Below, piece by piece: positions 8,231 to 18,002 of a stretch of 64,000 nucleotides of DNA. Below the pieces are notes generated by a model. The model saw only the letters and a program-made list of their open reading frames with translations. It was not told the origin of the DNA and searched no databases. The stretch comes from Dehalococcoidales bacterium. GTDB taxonomy: Bacteria; Chloroflexota; Dehalococcoidia; Dehalococcoidales; RBG-16-60-22. Each line of letters begins with the position of its first letter. The first letter of the stretch is position 1. The position numbers were made by a program, and so were the translations under genes. The stretch covers positions 42 to 64,041 of the forward strand of contig DAOTYE010000023.1 in the NCBI GenBank assembly GCA_034434915.1, read 5' to 3'.

Positions 8231-8302
8231 GTCATTCCAGCGAAGGCTGGAATCCAGTCGTCAATTTTTATACTCTGGACTCTGGCTTCCGTCAAAATGA
8301 CG
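8231..8302. repeat. Dispersed ~72-78-nt intergenic repeat, copy 1 (contains hairpin 8234-8253)
   Basis: Two blocks recur with few changes at 63287-63364: gtcattccagcgaaggctggaatccagtcg and cttccgtcaaaatgacg. The hairpin is attccagc-gaag-gctggaat. Confidence 0.7.
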
Positions 8303-8410
8303 CAGTCGTCCCCCTTTGAAAAAGGGGGGTTTGAGAAATAGCGAAAGTCGTCCCTCCTTTCAAAAGATTGCCAGAGAAAATCGGGTCGTCTCCCTTTCGT
8401 AAGGGGAGAC
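8257..8410. repeat. Degenerate tandem array of four GTCGTC-initiated units with C-run/G-run hairpins
   Basis: GTCGTC occurs at 8257, 8305, 8347 and 8385 (spacings 48, 42 and 38 nt). Unit 2 is cccccttt-gaa-aaaggggg, a perfect 8-bp stem. Unit 4 is gtctccctt-tcgt-aaggggagac, with one bulge. Unit 3 is degenerate. Confidence 0.65.
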
Positions 8411-8589
8411 TAAGAGGGATTTCAAAAACCACTCGCTTCCCACTCGTTTACCAGTAACGACTCACGCTCATATTAACCCCCTCCACGAAGTTCGTTTCTT
8501 CAGAATGAAAAATCACTAAAAAACGAAGAACGAATCAGCGGAAAATCCGCATCCAGACAAAGTTTCAGCCGGATGAAACCAGCATTAAG

Positions 8590-8619
8590 TTGAATAGCCT
8601 TTCTGCGATACGTTATAAT
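8590..8619 (+). promoter_or_regulatory. Putative sigma70-type promoter for aspS
   Basis: TTGAAT (8590-8595) - 18 nt - TATAAT (8614-8619), followed by SD aaggagg (8637-8643) and the TTG start at 8650. Confidence 0.5.
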
Positions 8620-8649
8620 CAGCTATGGTAGCTTTTCAAGGAGGCATAC

Positions 8650-10446
8650 TTGCTCAAAAGTCACAGCTGTGGTGAACTGCGCGTAGAACATATTGGTAAA
8701 GAGGTAACGCTGGCAGGATGGGTTGACCGCCGCCGCGACCACGGCGGTCTTATTTTTATTGACCTGCGTGATAGGGCAGGCATTGTCCAGGTAGCTTTCA
8801 ACCCTGAGATTGCCAGGTCAGCCCATGAGGCGGCAGACAAGTTCCGCGGTGAGTTTGTCGTCCAGGTGAAAGGGGAGGTAGCCCGCCGTCCGCCCGGAAC
8901 GGAAAACCCCAGACTGCCCACCGGCGATATTGAAGTGATTGCCCGCGAGGCGGTCATCCTCAACCCGGCGAAAACGCCCCCCTTCTATATTAATGAAGAC
9001 GTGGATGTTGATGAGAACGTCCGGCTGAAATACCGTTACCTTGACCTGCGCCGTGAGCGGATGAGGGATAACCTTGTCCTGCGCCATAAAGTGGTCAGGT
9101 TCATGCGTGATTTCCTTGATGCCCGCGGCTTTATTGAAATAGAGACACCCATCCTCACCAAGAGCACGCCTGAGGGCGCGCGTGACTACCTTGTGCCGAG
9201 CCGCGTCCAGCCGGGGAAGTTTTATGCCCTCCCCCAGTCTCCTCAGCAGATGAAACAGCTCCTCATGGTCGCCGGTCTGGAGAAATACTATCAGATTGCC
9301 CGCTGTTTCCGTGATGAAGACCTGCGTGCTGACCGCCAGCCGGAGTTTACCCAGCTTGACCTTGAGATGAGCTTTGTGGATGTAGAGGATATCCTCGTCC
9401 TGCTGGAAGACCTTTTCACCTCAATGGTGGCTACCCTGCTCCCGCAGAAAAAGATGATTAAACCTTTCCCTCGCCTGACCTATGCTGACGCCATGGGTCG
9501 CTTCGGCTCAGACAGACCTGACCTGCGCTTCGGCATGGAACTGAAGGATTTGTCAGACATCGTAGCGAATTCCCAGTTTGAAGTCTTCCGCAATGCCATT
9601 AGCAATGGTGGCGCCGTGAAGGGCATCTGCCTTTCTGGCGGTGCTTCTTACACCCGCAAACAGCTTGAAGAGCTCACCGAGCAGGCGAAGAAGTTTGGTG
9701 CCAAAGGACTGGTCACAATGGGGCTGGGGAGCGGTGAGGGCAGTCTGGATAGCCTGACGCTGGACATGGTCAGGTCTTCCGTCACCAAGTTCCTGGCGCT
9801 GGAGCAGATAAAAGAGATGGCACGGCGGCTTGATGCCAGAATGGGAGACCTGCTTCTCATTGTCGCCGGAGATACCCGGACGGTCAATCTCACGCTGGGC
9901 GGGCTGAGGCAGGAGCTGGGCCGCCGGCTCAAGCTGGCTGACCCGGATATGTTCGCCTTCGCCTTCATTGTTGACTTTCCGCTTATGGAGAGAAACAAGG
10001 ATACCGGGCAGTGGCAGACCGTTCACCACCCGTTTACCATGCCCAGAGATGAAGATATTCATCTGCTTGACACTGAGCCGGACAAGGTGAGAGCTAAGAG
10101 CTACGATATTATCTGCAACGGCTATGAACTCTCCAGCGGGAGCATCAGAATCCATAACAGCGAGCTTCAGAGCAAGATATTCAAGCTCCTCGGCTATACC
10201 GAAGAGCAGATTCAGGAGCGCTTCGGGCATATGCTGGAAGCCTTCAGCTATGGTGCTCCACCCCACGGCGGCATCGCCCCAGGGATTGACCGCATCATCA
10301 TGCTCTTCTCCGGAGCAGAGAGTATCAGGGAGGTGATTGCTTTTCCCAAGAACCAGAGTGCCGTGGACCTCACCTTTGATGCGCCGTCACCGGTGCGGGA
10401 AGACCAGCTCAAAGAGCTCCACATAAAGCTGAGAGAAGAAAAATAG
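8650..10446 (+). CDS. aspS: Aspartate--tRNA ligase (bacterial type)
   Basis: 598 aa with a TTG start after a strong SD. Class II motifs include '[18 protein letters not shown]' and '[12 protein letters not shown]', plus an N-terminal OB-fold '[23 protein letters not shown]'. Confidence 0.95.
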   Translation: MLKSHSCGELRVEHIGKEVTLAGWVDRRRDHGGLIFIDLRDRAGIVQVAFNPEIARSAHEAADKFRGEFVVQVKGEVARRPPGTENPRLPTGDIEVIAREAVILNPAKTPPFYINEDVDVDENVRLKYRYLDLRRERMRDNLVLRHKVVRFMRDFLDARGFIEIETPILTKSTPEGARDYLVPSRVQPGKFYALPQSPQQMKQLLMVAGLEKYYQIARCFRDEDLRADRQPEFTQLDLEMSFVDVEDILVLLEDLFTSMVATLLPQKKMIKPFPRLTYADAMGRFGSDRPDLRFGMELKDLSDIVANSQFEVFRNAISNGGAVKGICLSGGASYTRKQLEELTEQAKKFGAKGLVTMGLGSGEGSLDSLTLDMVRSSVTKFLALEQIKEMARRLDARMGDLLLIVAGDTRTVNLTLGGLRQELGRRLKLADPDMFAFAFIVDFPLMERNKDTGQWQTVHHPFTMPRDEDIHLLDTEPDKVRAKSYDIICNGYELSSGSIRIHNSELQSKIFKLLGYTEEQIQERFGHMLEAFSYGAPPHGGIAPGIDRIIMLFSGAESIREVIAFPKNQSAVDLTFDAPSPVREDQLKELHIKLREEK

Positions 10447-10448
10447 AG

Positions 10449-11378
10449 ATGGTTGACATAAGAGAAGTTGCTGAAAACGTCTATCTGATTGACAACGAAG
10501 TCTATGGCGTCAAAGGATGGGGCAGTGTCTATCTGCTGAATGAGGAAAGGAAAGCTCTCATTGACACCGGGCCGGCCAACTCCGCGCCGGTTATTCTGGA
10601 TGGGATGAAGAGGGTGGGCATTGCGCTGGAGGACATCAGCTATATCATCGCCACTCACATCCACCTTGACCATGCCGGTGGCGCTGGCTTTCTGCTCCAG
10701 AAGATGCCCCGGGCACAGCTCATTGTCCACGGGCGGGGAGCTAAGCATCTCATCAACCCTTCTAAGCTGGTCGCCAGCATGATTTCCGTCCAGGGCGAAA
10801 AGACGATGCAGTTGTTCGGGGAGGTGGTGCCTGTGGAAGAGAGCAGGGTGAGGATAGTTGCAGACGGTGACCGGATAGATTTAAACTGCGAACAGATTCT
10901 GCGCATCATGGATGCCCCTGGACACGCCCCCCATGAGCTTTTCATCAGCGAAAGCCGGAACAATGGCGTGTTTACGGGGGACGGTGCGGGCATGTATCTG
11001 GATGGCATCATTTTACCGCTGACGCCACCGCCAAGCTTTGATGCCGAGACATACATCGCCACTCTGGAGAAACTAGCCGGGCTTGAGCCCTCACGGATTT
11101 ACTTTGCTCACTATGGCGTCACCACAAAGGTGACGGAGTATATAGAGAAAGTAATTGAAGTCCTGCGGGAAGAAGATGACTTCATCACCAGAGCGGTTGA
11201 GGCGAAGAACACCGCCAATCTGGAAAAGCGGCTGATTACAGCAAGGATGAAGCAACTGGCGCTTTTCAAGAAGGAAAAAACTGAAGCATACAGGTTTGCT
11301 GTTGAACACATTATCCCGATGAATGTAGCGGGTTATCTCAAGTATTATCAGGAAAAACACGGGGTATCCCTGAGCTAG
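10449..11378 (+). CDS. MBL-fold metallo-hydrolase
   Basis: 'THIHLDHAGG' is the HxHxDH metal motif. 309 aa. Starts 2 nt after the aspS stop. Confidence 0.75.
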   Translation: MVDIREVAENVYLIDNEVYGVKGWGSVYLLNEERKALIDTGPANSAPVILDGMKRVGIALEDISYIIATHIHLDHAGGAGFLLQKMPRAQLIVHGRGAKHLINPSKLVASMISVQGEKTMQLFGEVVPVEESRVRIVADGDRIDLNCEQILRIMDAPGHAPHELFISESRNNGVFTGDGAGMYLDGIILPLTPPPSFDAETYIATLEKLAGLEPSRIYFAHYGVTTKVTEYIEKVIEVLREEDDFITRAVEAKNTANLEKRLITARMKQLALFKKEKTEAYRFAVEHIIPMNVAGYLKYYQEKHGVSLS

Positions 11379-11389
11379 ATGGAGGCAGT

Positions 11390-12778
11390 GTGAAAGTTAC
11401 CAAAGATAAGGTAGAAAAAGGTCAGGCGTTTTTGACTGTGGAAACAGAGCCGGCAGAGGTTGAAAAATCGCTCAGTGAGGCTTACAAGCACCTGGTGCAG
11501 AGAGTGAATGTGCCTGGTTTTCGCAAAGGCAAGGCACCACGCCCCATACTGGAGCGATATGTCGGCAGACAGAACTTCCTCAGTGAGGCGATTGAGCACC
11601 TCATCCCGGAGGCTTATGAGAAAGCGCTGAAAGAGGCGAGCATTGAGGCGATTGCCCAGCCGCAGATTGAGGTTATCCAGACTGAGCCCACAGTTACCTT
11701 CAAAGCCACTGTGCCGCTTTTGCCGGTGGTGAAGCTGGGCGACTATAAAAGTATCAGAATAACGCCAGAGCCGGTCACTGTCACCGATGAGCAGGTAAAC
11801 CAGGCGATTGAGGTGCTGCGTCACCAGCACGCCATCTGGGAGCCGGTGGAGCGCCCGGTGCAGTTTAATGACCTGGTCATACTGGACATTGAGAGCCATA
11901 TTGGCAATGCCCCATTTATCAACCAGAAAGGACTCCAATATCATGTGGCGGAAGACCGCACCTTCCCGGCGCCAGGATTTGCAGCCCAAATCACCGGCAT
12001 GAAGAAAGGCGAAGAAAAAGAGTTCAAGCTGACTTTCCCCAAAGATTATCCCCGCGCCGAGCTGGCAGATAAAGAGACCAGCTTTAAGGTTAAGGTGGGG
12101 GAAATCAAGCAGGAGGTTCTGCCTGAGCTAAATGATGATTTTGCCAAAGTGGTCAATCCTGAGTTTGCCACCTTTGCAGTGCTGAAGCAGAAAGTTGCTG
12201 AAAGTCTAAAGGAGCGGGCGGAGGAGAAAGCCAGAGCTGAATTTGAGGACAAGGTCATCACTGAGGTCACCCGGATAGCCCAGGTTGAGTTCCCGCCGGT
12301 GCTGGTGGAGAGGGAGATGCAGAGGATGCTGGAGGAAGAGTCAAGGCGTTTTCAGATGCAGGGCGCTGATTTCGGTGAATATCTTAAGAGCACCAGAAAG
12401 ACCGGAGAACAATTGCGCCAGGAGCTTGAACCGGTGGCAATCAAACGTCTGATGCAATCTCTGGTGCTGAGCAAGGTGGCAGAGGAAGAAAAAGTTGACG
12501 TGAGCGATGCAGAGATAGATAATGAAATTGAGAACATGTTAAAAGGCGTCTCCGAAAAGAAGGAGGAACTGCAGAAAGCATTCAACAACCCGAACTCGCG
12601 CGAATCTATCAAACGGATGCTCCTGACGCGGAAGACGGTAAACCTTTTAGTGGAGATAGCCCGGAGTCCAGTTTCAGAGAGCCCGGCTAGCCCGCAGGCT
12701 GAACCAAAAAAGAATAAGGAGAAAAAGAAAACGGCAAAGACTGAAGGTAACAAGGAGGGAGAACATGATGAACAGTAA
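11390..12778 (+). CDS. tig: Trigger factor
   Basis: GTG start. The N-terminal '[11 protein letters not shown]' is the ribosome-binding signature. 462 aa with a Lys/Glu-rich tail. Confidence 0.9.
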   Translation: MKVTKDKVEKGQAFLTVETEPAEVEKSLSEAYKHLVQRVNVPGFRKGKAPRPILERYVGRQNFLSEAIEHLIPEAYEKALKEASIEAIAQPQIEVIQTEPTVTFKATVPLLPVVKLGDYKSIRITPEPVTVTDEQVNQAIEVLRHQHAIWEPVERPVQFNDLVILDIESHIGNAPFINQKGLQYHVAEDRTFPAPGFAAQITGMKKGEEKEFKLTFPKDYPRAELADKETSFKVKVGEIKQEVLPELNDDFAKVVNPEFATFAVLKQKVAESLKERAEEKARAEFEDKVITEVTRIAQVEFPPVLVEREMQRMLEEESRRFQMQGADFGEYLKSTRKTGEQLRQELEPVAIKRLMQSLVLSKVAEEEKVDVSDAEIDNEIENMLKGVSEKKEELQKAFNNPNSRESIKRMLLTRKTVNLLVEIARSPVSESPASPQAEPKKNKEKKKTAKTEGNKEGEHDEQ

Positions 12779-13394
12779 TCCCATGAATGTCATCCCGATG
12801 GTTATTGAGAGCAGTGCCAGAGGCGAACGAGCCTTTGATATCTACTCATTGCTGTTGAAGGAACGTATTGTCATGCTGGGTATGCCTATAAATGACCAGG
12901 TGGCGAACCTCGTCGTTGCCCAGCTTCTCTATCTGGACCGGGAGGACCCGGGCAAGGACATCAGCCTCTATATCAATAGCCCCGGCGGCGTCATCAACGC
13001 CGGCCTGGCGATTTATGACACCATGCAGCTTATGCAGTCAGATGTTTCCACAATCTGCATCGGGCTGACGGCAAGTATGGCGACTGTTCTCCTCTGCGCC
13101 GGCACTAAGGGGAAGCGCTATGCTCTGCCTAACTCCACCATCCATCTTCATCAGGCATTTGGCGGAGCACAGGGACGCGCCGCTGATGTGGAGATTGCCG
13201 CCCGTGAAATCATGAGGCTCCAGGATATCATCCGCAATATCCTCGTCAAGCACACCGGTCAGCCCATGGAGAAGATAATCCATGATACTGACCGAGACTT
13301 CTATCTGAACCCGGAGCAGGCGGTAGAGTACGGCATCATTGACGAGGTGCTGAAGAAACCAGCGGGGAAAGAGACCAAGCCGGAGAAGAAATAA
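12765..13394 (+). CDS. clpP: ATP-dependent Clp protease proteolytic subunit
   Basis: '[15 protein letters not shown]', 'INSPGG' and 'GLTASMA' (catalytic Ser context). SD aaggaggg precedes the ATG at 12765, which overlaps the tig 3' end. Confidence 0.93.
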   Translation: MMNSNPMNVIPMVIESSARGERAFDIYSLLLKERIVMLGMPINDQVANLVVAQLLYLDREDPGKDISLYINSPGGVINAGLAIYDTMQLMQSDVSTICIGLTASMATVLLCAGTKGKRYALPNSTIHLHQAFGGAQGRAADVEIAAREIMRLQDIIRNILVKHTGQPMEKIIHDTDRDFYLNPEQAVEYGIIDEVLKKPAGKETKPEKK

Positions 13395-13408
13395 GCCGGA
13401 GTCACATC

Positions 13409-13428
13409 ATTCTGGCGAAAGCCAGAAT
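13409..13428. repeat. Hairpin repeat, variant of the 8234-8253 hairpin
   Basis: attctggc-gaaa-gccagaat has an 8-bp stem and a GAAA loop. Its flanks (tc...cca) match copy 1. Two stem positions differ on both arms and pairing is preserved. Confidence 0.7.
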
Positions 13429-13498
13429 CCATAAGATAAACATCAGCTTTTTGGAACGGATTCCAGCCGCCACCGGAATGATAAGTGTGGCGTTTGAA

Positions 13499-14323
13499 CT
13501 AAATCGTGTAGTCCGGTTTTTCTCCCAGTCGGTCGCTGATAAGGGCGTTGATTGCACCGCGCAGGGCAATTAGCTCTGGCTCACTCAGCTGGTCAAGGTT
13601 TAAGAGCTTCTCCTGTATCTCCCTGATGGCGGGATTGATTATGCTTGCCTCCGCCTTCCTTGCAGTCAAAAAGGCGGCAAGGTTGGCGATGAGGATACCC
13701 CATGTAATCAGTCCGGAGATGATGAGCACCAGTCCAAAGATATGCCCGGCGGTGGTGACCGGCGCAATGTCTCCGTAGCCGGGAGTGGTCCACGTCACCA
13801 GCGAAGCGTAAAGCGCATCCCAGTAGTTGTTTATTTTCTCATTCACCCCGCGCTCAGCGTAAAACAGCAGTACTGATGATGCCAGCATGATGCAGGTGAG
13901 GGCAAGCAGCATCCATTGCAGTCCGTTGAGCCTGGCGAAGCGGGCGATATTGAAACCCAGCCCGTCCAGAGAGCGGATGACCCGTGCCATGCGGGCAATC
14001 CTGAGAAGCCGCAGTATGCGGACTAGGCGTACCACTCTCAGCCAGCGCATCACCGGCAGGATGGCGACCAAATCAAGCCAGTGCTCCTTCAGATAGCGTA
14101 AGCGCGAAGAGGCGACCGAAATACGGGTGACAAACTCCAGGATAAAAAATGAGGTAATGCCCAAATCTATACCGTCAAGTATGGCGATACCTCCCGGTGA
14201 GAAATCAAAAAAGTCCGGCAGAAAGCCGATGACAACGAACACGATGGCGAGTGCCACCATAAACGATTCCCAGGCGACCTCATAGCTATCAAAAAAATGG
14301 GCAAGCGTTTTACGCAGGTTCAT
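13499..14323 (-). CDS. Voltage-gated-type (6TM) potassium channel
   Basis: S4-like 'RWLRVVRLVRILRLLRIARMARVIRSL' and a pore signature 'TWTTPGYGD'. Six hydrophobic segments are present. Confidence 0.8.
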   Translation of the reverse strand: MNLRKTLAHFFDSYEVAWESFMVALAIVFVVIGFLPDFFDFSPGGIAILDGIDLGITSFFILEFVTRISVASSRLRYLKEHWLDLVAILPVMRWLRVVRLVRILRLLRIARMARVIRSLDGLGFNIARFARLNGLQWMLLALTCIMLASSVLLFYAERGVNEKINNYWDALYASLVTWTTPGYGDIAPVTTAGHIFGLVLIISGLITWGILIANLAAFLTARKAEASIINPAIREIQEKLLNLDQLSEPELIALRGAINALISDRLGEKPDYTI

Positions 14324-14463
14324 AGCATCCCCTTATGCCAATAAGTCTTATTCAGTCTAATATGCCATGTGCGCTTTTCCAGCCATCAGCAAGTTTCATA
14401 AAGCTGGCATCGCCTTTTTGGCGAACTCAATATCGGGTTTCTGTTACTGACCTAAAATCTGTG

Positions 14464-15297
14464 TTACGCAGGCAGAAGCCCTTTTACGCGCTCGTTGATT
14501 TCAGCGGTGAGGTCATAGCCGTGGATGGCCCTGCCGTGAGCATCAACGACTTTTTTATCAGCCGTAATTTTCACCCGTCCTTCACTGAAGGCTTTGATGG
14601 TGGTGATGATGAGCGGCAGTTCCCGCACGTAGCCTTGCTCTCTGATGGTTTTGAAGAGAGGATTATTTTCTCCTTGCTCTTTTTTCACCTGCGCCAAAGA
14701 TTGCTTTTTGATGTCAATCCAATACGGGTCAAAAGGCTTGCCGCGGATAGGATAGGTGCAGTAGGTAACCACGGGTCCTCGGTCAAGCTCCGGCGTGACC
14801 AGGTGCATCATGACGCCGGACTCTCGGGCGTCAGTCTCTATGAGCTTCCAGATGACCTCCTGCCAGGTGCCGGCGGGCCCGGTGGGGGAGGCAGGGTGAA
14901 GGTTAATCATGTTGTATTTCTGGCACATCTCCTTGCCCACGATAAGCATGTAGCCTGCGAGCACGCAGAGGTCAGGGTTGAAATCCTTGAGCCTTGCCAT
15001 CACTTCGCGGTCGTAGGCAAGACGCCACTCTGCCAGCTCGCCGGTCTCTGAGCCCGGTGAGGTAGCGCCCACCTTTGCCTTGAACTTTTGGTAAGAAAAA
15101 GTAACGAGGGGAATGTTATAGTCCCTGACCATCTGGAGAGTAGTGTCCGTGGTTTCAGCTTCACCGGGGTCGCGACTGCAGAAGAAAAACTCTATCCTGG
15201 CATCAAGCTCTCCCGAGGCGATGCTTGCCTGCACTGCCTTGAGCAATCCGCGGGAGCCTTTGCCCCTCGCCGTGGAGAACCAGCCGAGCTTATACAT
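14464..15297 (-). CDS. Formyltransferase-family protein (PurN-like)
   Basis: 'LCVLAGYMLIVG......MINLHPA' matches the formyl_trans_N core (N-x-H-P). It is longer than classical PurN, with an extra C-terminal region. Confidence 0.55.
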   Translation of the reverse strand: MYKLGWFSTARGKGSRGLLKAVQASIASGELDARIEFFFCSRDPGEAETTDTTLQMVRDYNIPLVTFSYQKFKAKVGATSPGSETGELAEWRLAYDREVMARLKDFNPDLCVLAGYMLIVGKEMCQKYNMINLHPASPTGPAGTWQEVIWKLIETDARESGVMMHLVTPELDRGPVVTYCTYPIRGKPFDPYWIDIKKQSLAQVKKEQGENNPLFKTIREQGYVRELPLIITTIKAFSEGRVKITADKKVVDAHGRAIHGYDLTAEINERVKGLLPA

Positions 15298-15310
15298 TAC
15301 CTTGCCCCAA

Positions 15311-15952
15311 TCATATGTTCTTCAGCTTAGCCAAGGCGCTGGAGACGTGGCGGAGCGGGTTGGTGCGGCGTCCCACGATTTTACCCTGGACAAGCGCCTG
15401 CAGGAAATCTTCTCTCCCGCTAAACTCCGGCATCTCAACATAAGCATTGCCGATTTCTTCAGCGGTATGGGCATCACTGCCGGCGCCTTTGGCGATGCCG
15501 TGCTTTTCCGCAAACTGTCTCGCTTTGGTAGAACAGCGTGTCAGAGTACAGCGGGCGTTAAAAGCCTCCATCACGTCTATACGGTCGGCGATTTCTGCCA
15601 CAATCTTACCGCCCAGGGAAGAGGGGCGGAGAAAGTCATAGGCGTGAGGAATGCAGACCAGCCCGCCCTGCGCTTTAATACGGGCGATGGTCTCATCAAC
15701 AGAAAGCCCGCTGGGGATATGTTCTTTAAGGAACATGCCCATAATTTCACCATGGGGCGTCAGTATTTCCTCGGCAACGATGACCTTGAACGGGGCGATT
15801 TCCTTCATCTTGAGGGCGCCCTCAATAGTGTCGTGGTCGGAGATGGCGATGCAGTTAATGTCCTTCTCCAGACACCGGGCGATTATTTTGTCCAGCGGCG
15901 TGCGGCAGTCCATGGAATATTCTGTGTGAATATGCAGGTCAGCTTTAAGCAT
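15311..15952 (-). CDS. PHP-domain metal-dependent phosphoesterase
   Basis: The N-terminal 'KADLHIHTEYSMDC' is PHP motif I. 'ISDHD' and 'GSDAHT' are also present. Confidence 0.7.
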   Translation of the reverse strand: MLKADLHIHTEYSMDCRTPLDKIIARCLEKDINCIAISDHDTIEGALKMKEIAPFKVIVAEEILTPHGEIMGMFLKEHIPSGLSVDETIARIKAQGGLVCIPHAYDFLRPSSLGGKIVAEIADRIDVMEAFNARCTLTRCSTKARQFAEKHGIAKGAGSDAHTAEEIGNAYVEMPEFSGREDFLQALVQGKIVGRRTNPLRHVSSALAKLKNI

Positions 15953-15971
15953 CAGTTGTCATTATCCCTTC

Positions 15972-17057
15972 TTATCTCAGTTGATAGTCTTTACTGGCTT
16001 GGGTGAGCACTTTCAGCTTGCCTTTCTCTACGGCCACCAGGTCTTCAATTCTCACTCCTCCCCACCCAGGCAGGTAAATCCCCGGCTCAATGGAGAAGAC
16101 CATGCCGTCAGTGAGCACGTCTGTGGAGAGCGGACCGAGGCGGGGCGCTTCATGAACGGCAAGCCCCACGCCATGTCCCAGCCCGTGTCCGAAATAGTCC
16201 GCATAGCCTGCCTCAGTAATCACGGTGCGGGCAAGGTTGTCTGCCTCTTTGCCGGTCATACCTGCCTTTATTATAGCAAGGGCGGTGAGCTGGGCGCCAA
16301 GAACGATGTCATAAATTCTCCTGAACTTATCTTCAGGTGTGCCGAGGCAGATGGTGCGGGTGAGGTCGCTGGCGTAGCCGTCAAGTTTAGCGCCGATGTC
16401 CATCAGGACCGGCTCGCCTTCTTTAATCGCGCGGTCTGCGGGCTGGTGGTGGGGTAGGGCGGCGTTCAGCCCGGAGGCGACGATGACCTCAAAGGGCACA
16501 CCCTGGCTACCGTGCTCACGGATGGACTTTTCAAGCTCCCAGGCGATTTCCTTTTCCGTCATGCCGGCGCGCAGGTTCTGTGACACACTACTGAACGCGT
16601 CATCGCCTATGGCGACGGCTCTGGCAATCAGCGCAAGCTCTTCCGGCTCCTTGATGATGCGTAGCGCCTCCACCACCCCATCAAGGGGGATGAGCTTGAG
16701 AGAAGATTGTCTCTCATTAAGCAGGTTAGTAAGCTGACGGTAGAAGCTGAAAGTGATGTGCCCTGCTTCAAAACCAAGTCTATTTATGGTGAAGCCAGCC
16801 ATGAGGTTAAAAAACCATTCGGCGAACTCGCCGGTCATTTTGAAAATGTCGTAGTCCGGCGCCTGCTGTTTGGCTTGCTCAATATAGCGGAAGTCGGTGA
16901 CCAGAACAGCCTGTTGCTGAGAGATAAGGAGGTAGCCCGTTGACCCGGCAAAACCAGAAAGATAGTAGCGGTTCTCCGGCTGGGAGATGAAGATGGCGTC
17001 AACTTCTTTTTCAGCGAGTTTCTGGCGCAGTTTCTGCAGCCTGCGGGCGATGTTCAC
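15972..17057 (-). CDS. Xaa-Pro aminopeptidase (M24B family)
   Basis: 'DLTRT', 'HGLGHGVGLAVHE' and 'SIEPGIY' are the pita-bread metal ligands. Start set to the GTG at 17057 (VNIARRLQKLRQ...) to limit overlap with xerC. The ORF-track ATG at 17096 remains possible. Confidence 0.8.
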   Translation of the reverse strand: MNIARRLQKLRQKLAEKEVDAIFISQPENRYYLSGFAGSTGYLLISQQQAVLVTDFRYIEQAKQQAPDYDIFKMTGEFAEWFFNLMAGFTINRLGFEAGHITFSFYRQLTNLLNERQSSLKLIPLDGVVEALRIIKEPEELALIARAVAIGDDAFSSVSQNLRAGMTEKEIAWELEKSIREHGSQGVPFEVIVASGLNAALPHHQPADRAIKEGEPVLMDIGAKLDGYASDLTRTICLGTPEDKFRRIYDIVLGAQLTALAIIKAGMTGKEADNLARTVITEAGYADYFGHGLGHGVGLAVHEAPRLGPLSTDVLTDGMVFSIEPGIYLPGWGGVRIEDLVAVEKGKLKVLTQASKDYQLR

Positions 17058-18000
17058 TATTCTCTTCCTTCTGCCGTGCCATGGGATGGGCGGCAAGGTA
17101 AATCTTCTTAGCCTGAGTTTTGCTCACGTGGGTGTAAATCTGAGTGGTGGAAAGCTGGGAATGGCCCAGCAGCTCCTGCACCACCCTTAAATCTGCCCCG
17201 CCGTCAAGCATGTGGGTAGCGAAGGTATGGCGCAAGAGGTGGGGGTGAACGTGTTTCTCAATGCCGGCATGGCGGGCGTACTCCTCAATGATTTTCTGGA
17301 TTCTGCGCGCCGAAATGCGCTTGCCGTAGCGATTCAGGAAGATGGCTTGTGTCTTTTTCTGCGCTTTGCTTTCCGCGAGGAGGAGCGGGCGCCCTTCTTT
17401 CAGATAGAGGCTGAGCATCCGTGCCGCCGGCGCGCCGATGAGCACTATCCGCTCCTTTGACCCTTTGCCCCAAACGCGGACTTCATTGGTGTCAAGGTCA
17501 ACCTGCTCCAGGTTCAGCTTTTCCAGCTCGCTCACCCTGAGACCGGAGGCATAGAGAAGCTCAAGGAGGGCGCGGTCACGCTGTCCATGAGGGGTGGACA
17601 GGTCAGGAGCTTCCAGGAGTTTGACCGTCTCCTGCACGGTGAGGAATTCCGGCAGACGTCTGTCCAGCTTGGGGGATGAGGCGCCTTCCATGGGATTTCT
17701 GGTTATGACGCCTTCCCGCATGAGAAAACGGTAGAACGAACGGATGGCGGAGAGCTTGCGGGTGATGCTTCTCTTGACCACCCCCTGCCCCATGAGCCAG
17801 GCAATATAGTCGCGGATGACGTTCTTGTCCACCAGCTCCAGTGTGTCTATCTTCTTCTGCTTGAGGAACTGGAAGAAGCCTTTTTCGGGACCGCGCTTGT
17901 AGTTGCCAATGAGGTCGCTGGTATAATTGCGGAGGGTGTACGGGGAAGCGTTTTTCTCCGCTTTCAGATAATCAATATATCTATTGAAGATTTCCTGCAT
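17011..18000 (-). CDS. xerC: Tyrosine recombinase XerC/XerD family
   Basis: 'HLLRHTFATHML', 'LLGHSQLSTTQIYTHV' and the N-terminal 'YLKAEKNASPYTLRNY'. Start trimmed to the ATG at 18000, directly after the topA stop. Lies in the conserved dprA-topA-xer context. Confidence 0.85.
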   Translation of the reverse strand: MQEIFNRYIDYLKAEKNASPYTLRNYTSDLIGNYKRGPEKGFFQFLKQKKIDTLELVDKNVIRDYIAWLMGQGVVKRSITRKLSAIRSFYRFLMREGVITRNPMEGASSPKLDRRLPEFLTVQETVKLLEAPDLSTPHGQRDRALLELLYASGLRVSELEKLNLEQVDLDTNEVRVWGKGSKERIVLIGAPAARMLSLYLKEGRPLLLAESKAQKKTQAIFLNRYGKRISARRIQKIIEEYARHAGIEKHVHPHLLRHTFATHMLDGGADLRVVQELLGHSQLSTTQIYTHVSKTQAKKIYLAAHPMARQKEENSEHRPQAAETAPETR

Positions 18001-18002
18001 GG

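Noticed and set aside
8200-8420. Possible CRISPR-like array upstream of aspS (repeated GTCGTC units with palindromes)
   Set aside because: The units are degenerate and their spacing is irregular and shrinking (48, 42, 38 nt). There is no conserved repeat of 24 nt or more with unique spacers, and no cas genes in the window. Treated as a hairpin-repeat cluster instead.
9553-10266. 237-aa antisense ORF inside aspS, and similar ORFs inside xfp (36515-37180) and the DsrE region (2168-2875)
   Set aside because: They lie opposite unambiguous conserved genes and have no SD and no motifs.
13395-13498. Absence of clpX after tig-clpP as an anomaly
   Set aside because: clpX may simply be encoded elsewhere, which cannot be judged from one window. 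It is only noted that a convergent channel gene occupies the usual position.
14335-15051. 238-aa plus-strand ORF
   Set aside because: It is antisense to the formyltransferase-family gene, which has the recognisable N-x-H-P core. It has no independent signals.
17011-18000. XerC-family recombinase as a marker of an integrated mobile element
   Set aside because: It sits in the widely conserved dprA-topA-xerC housekeeping arrangement. It has no flanking repeats or phage/IS genes, so the chromosome-dimer-resolution role is more likely.
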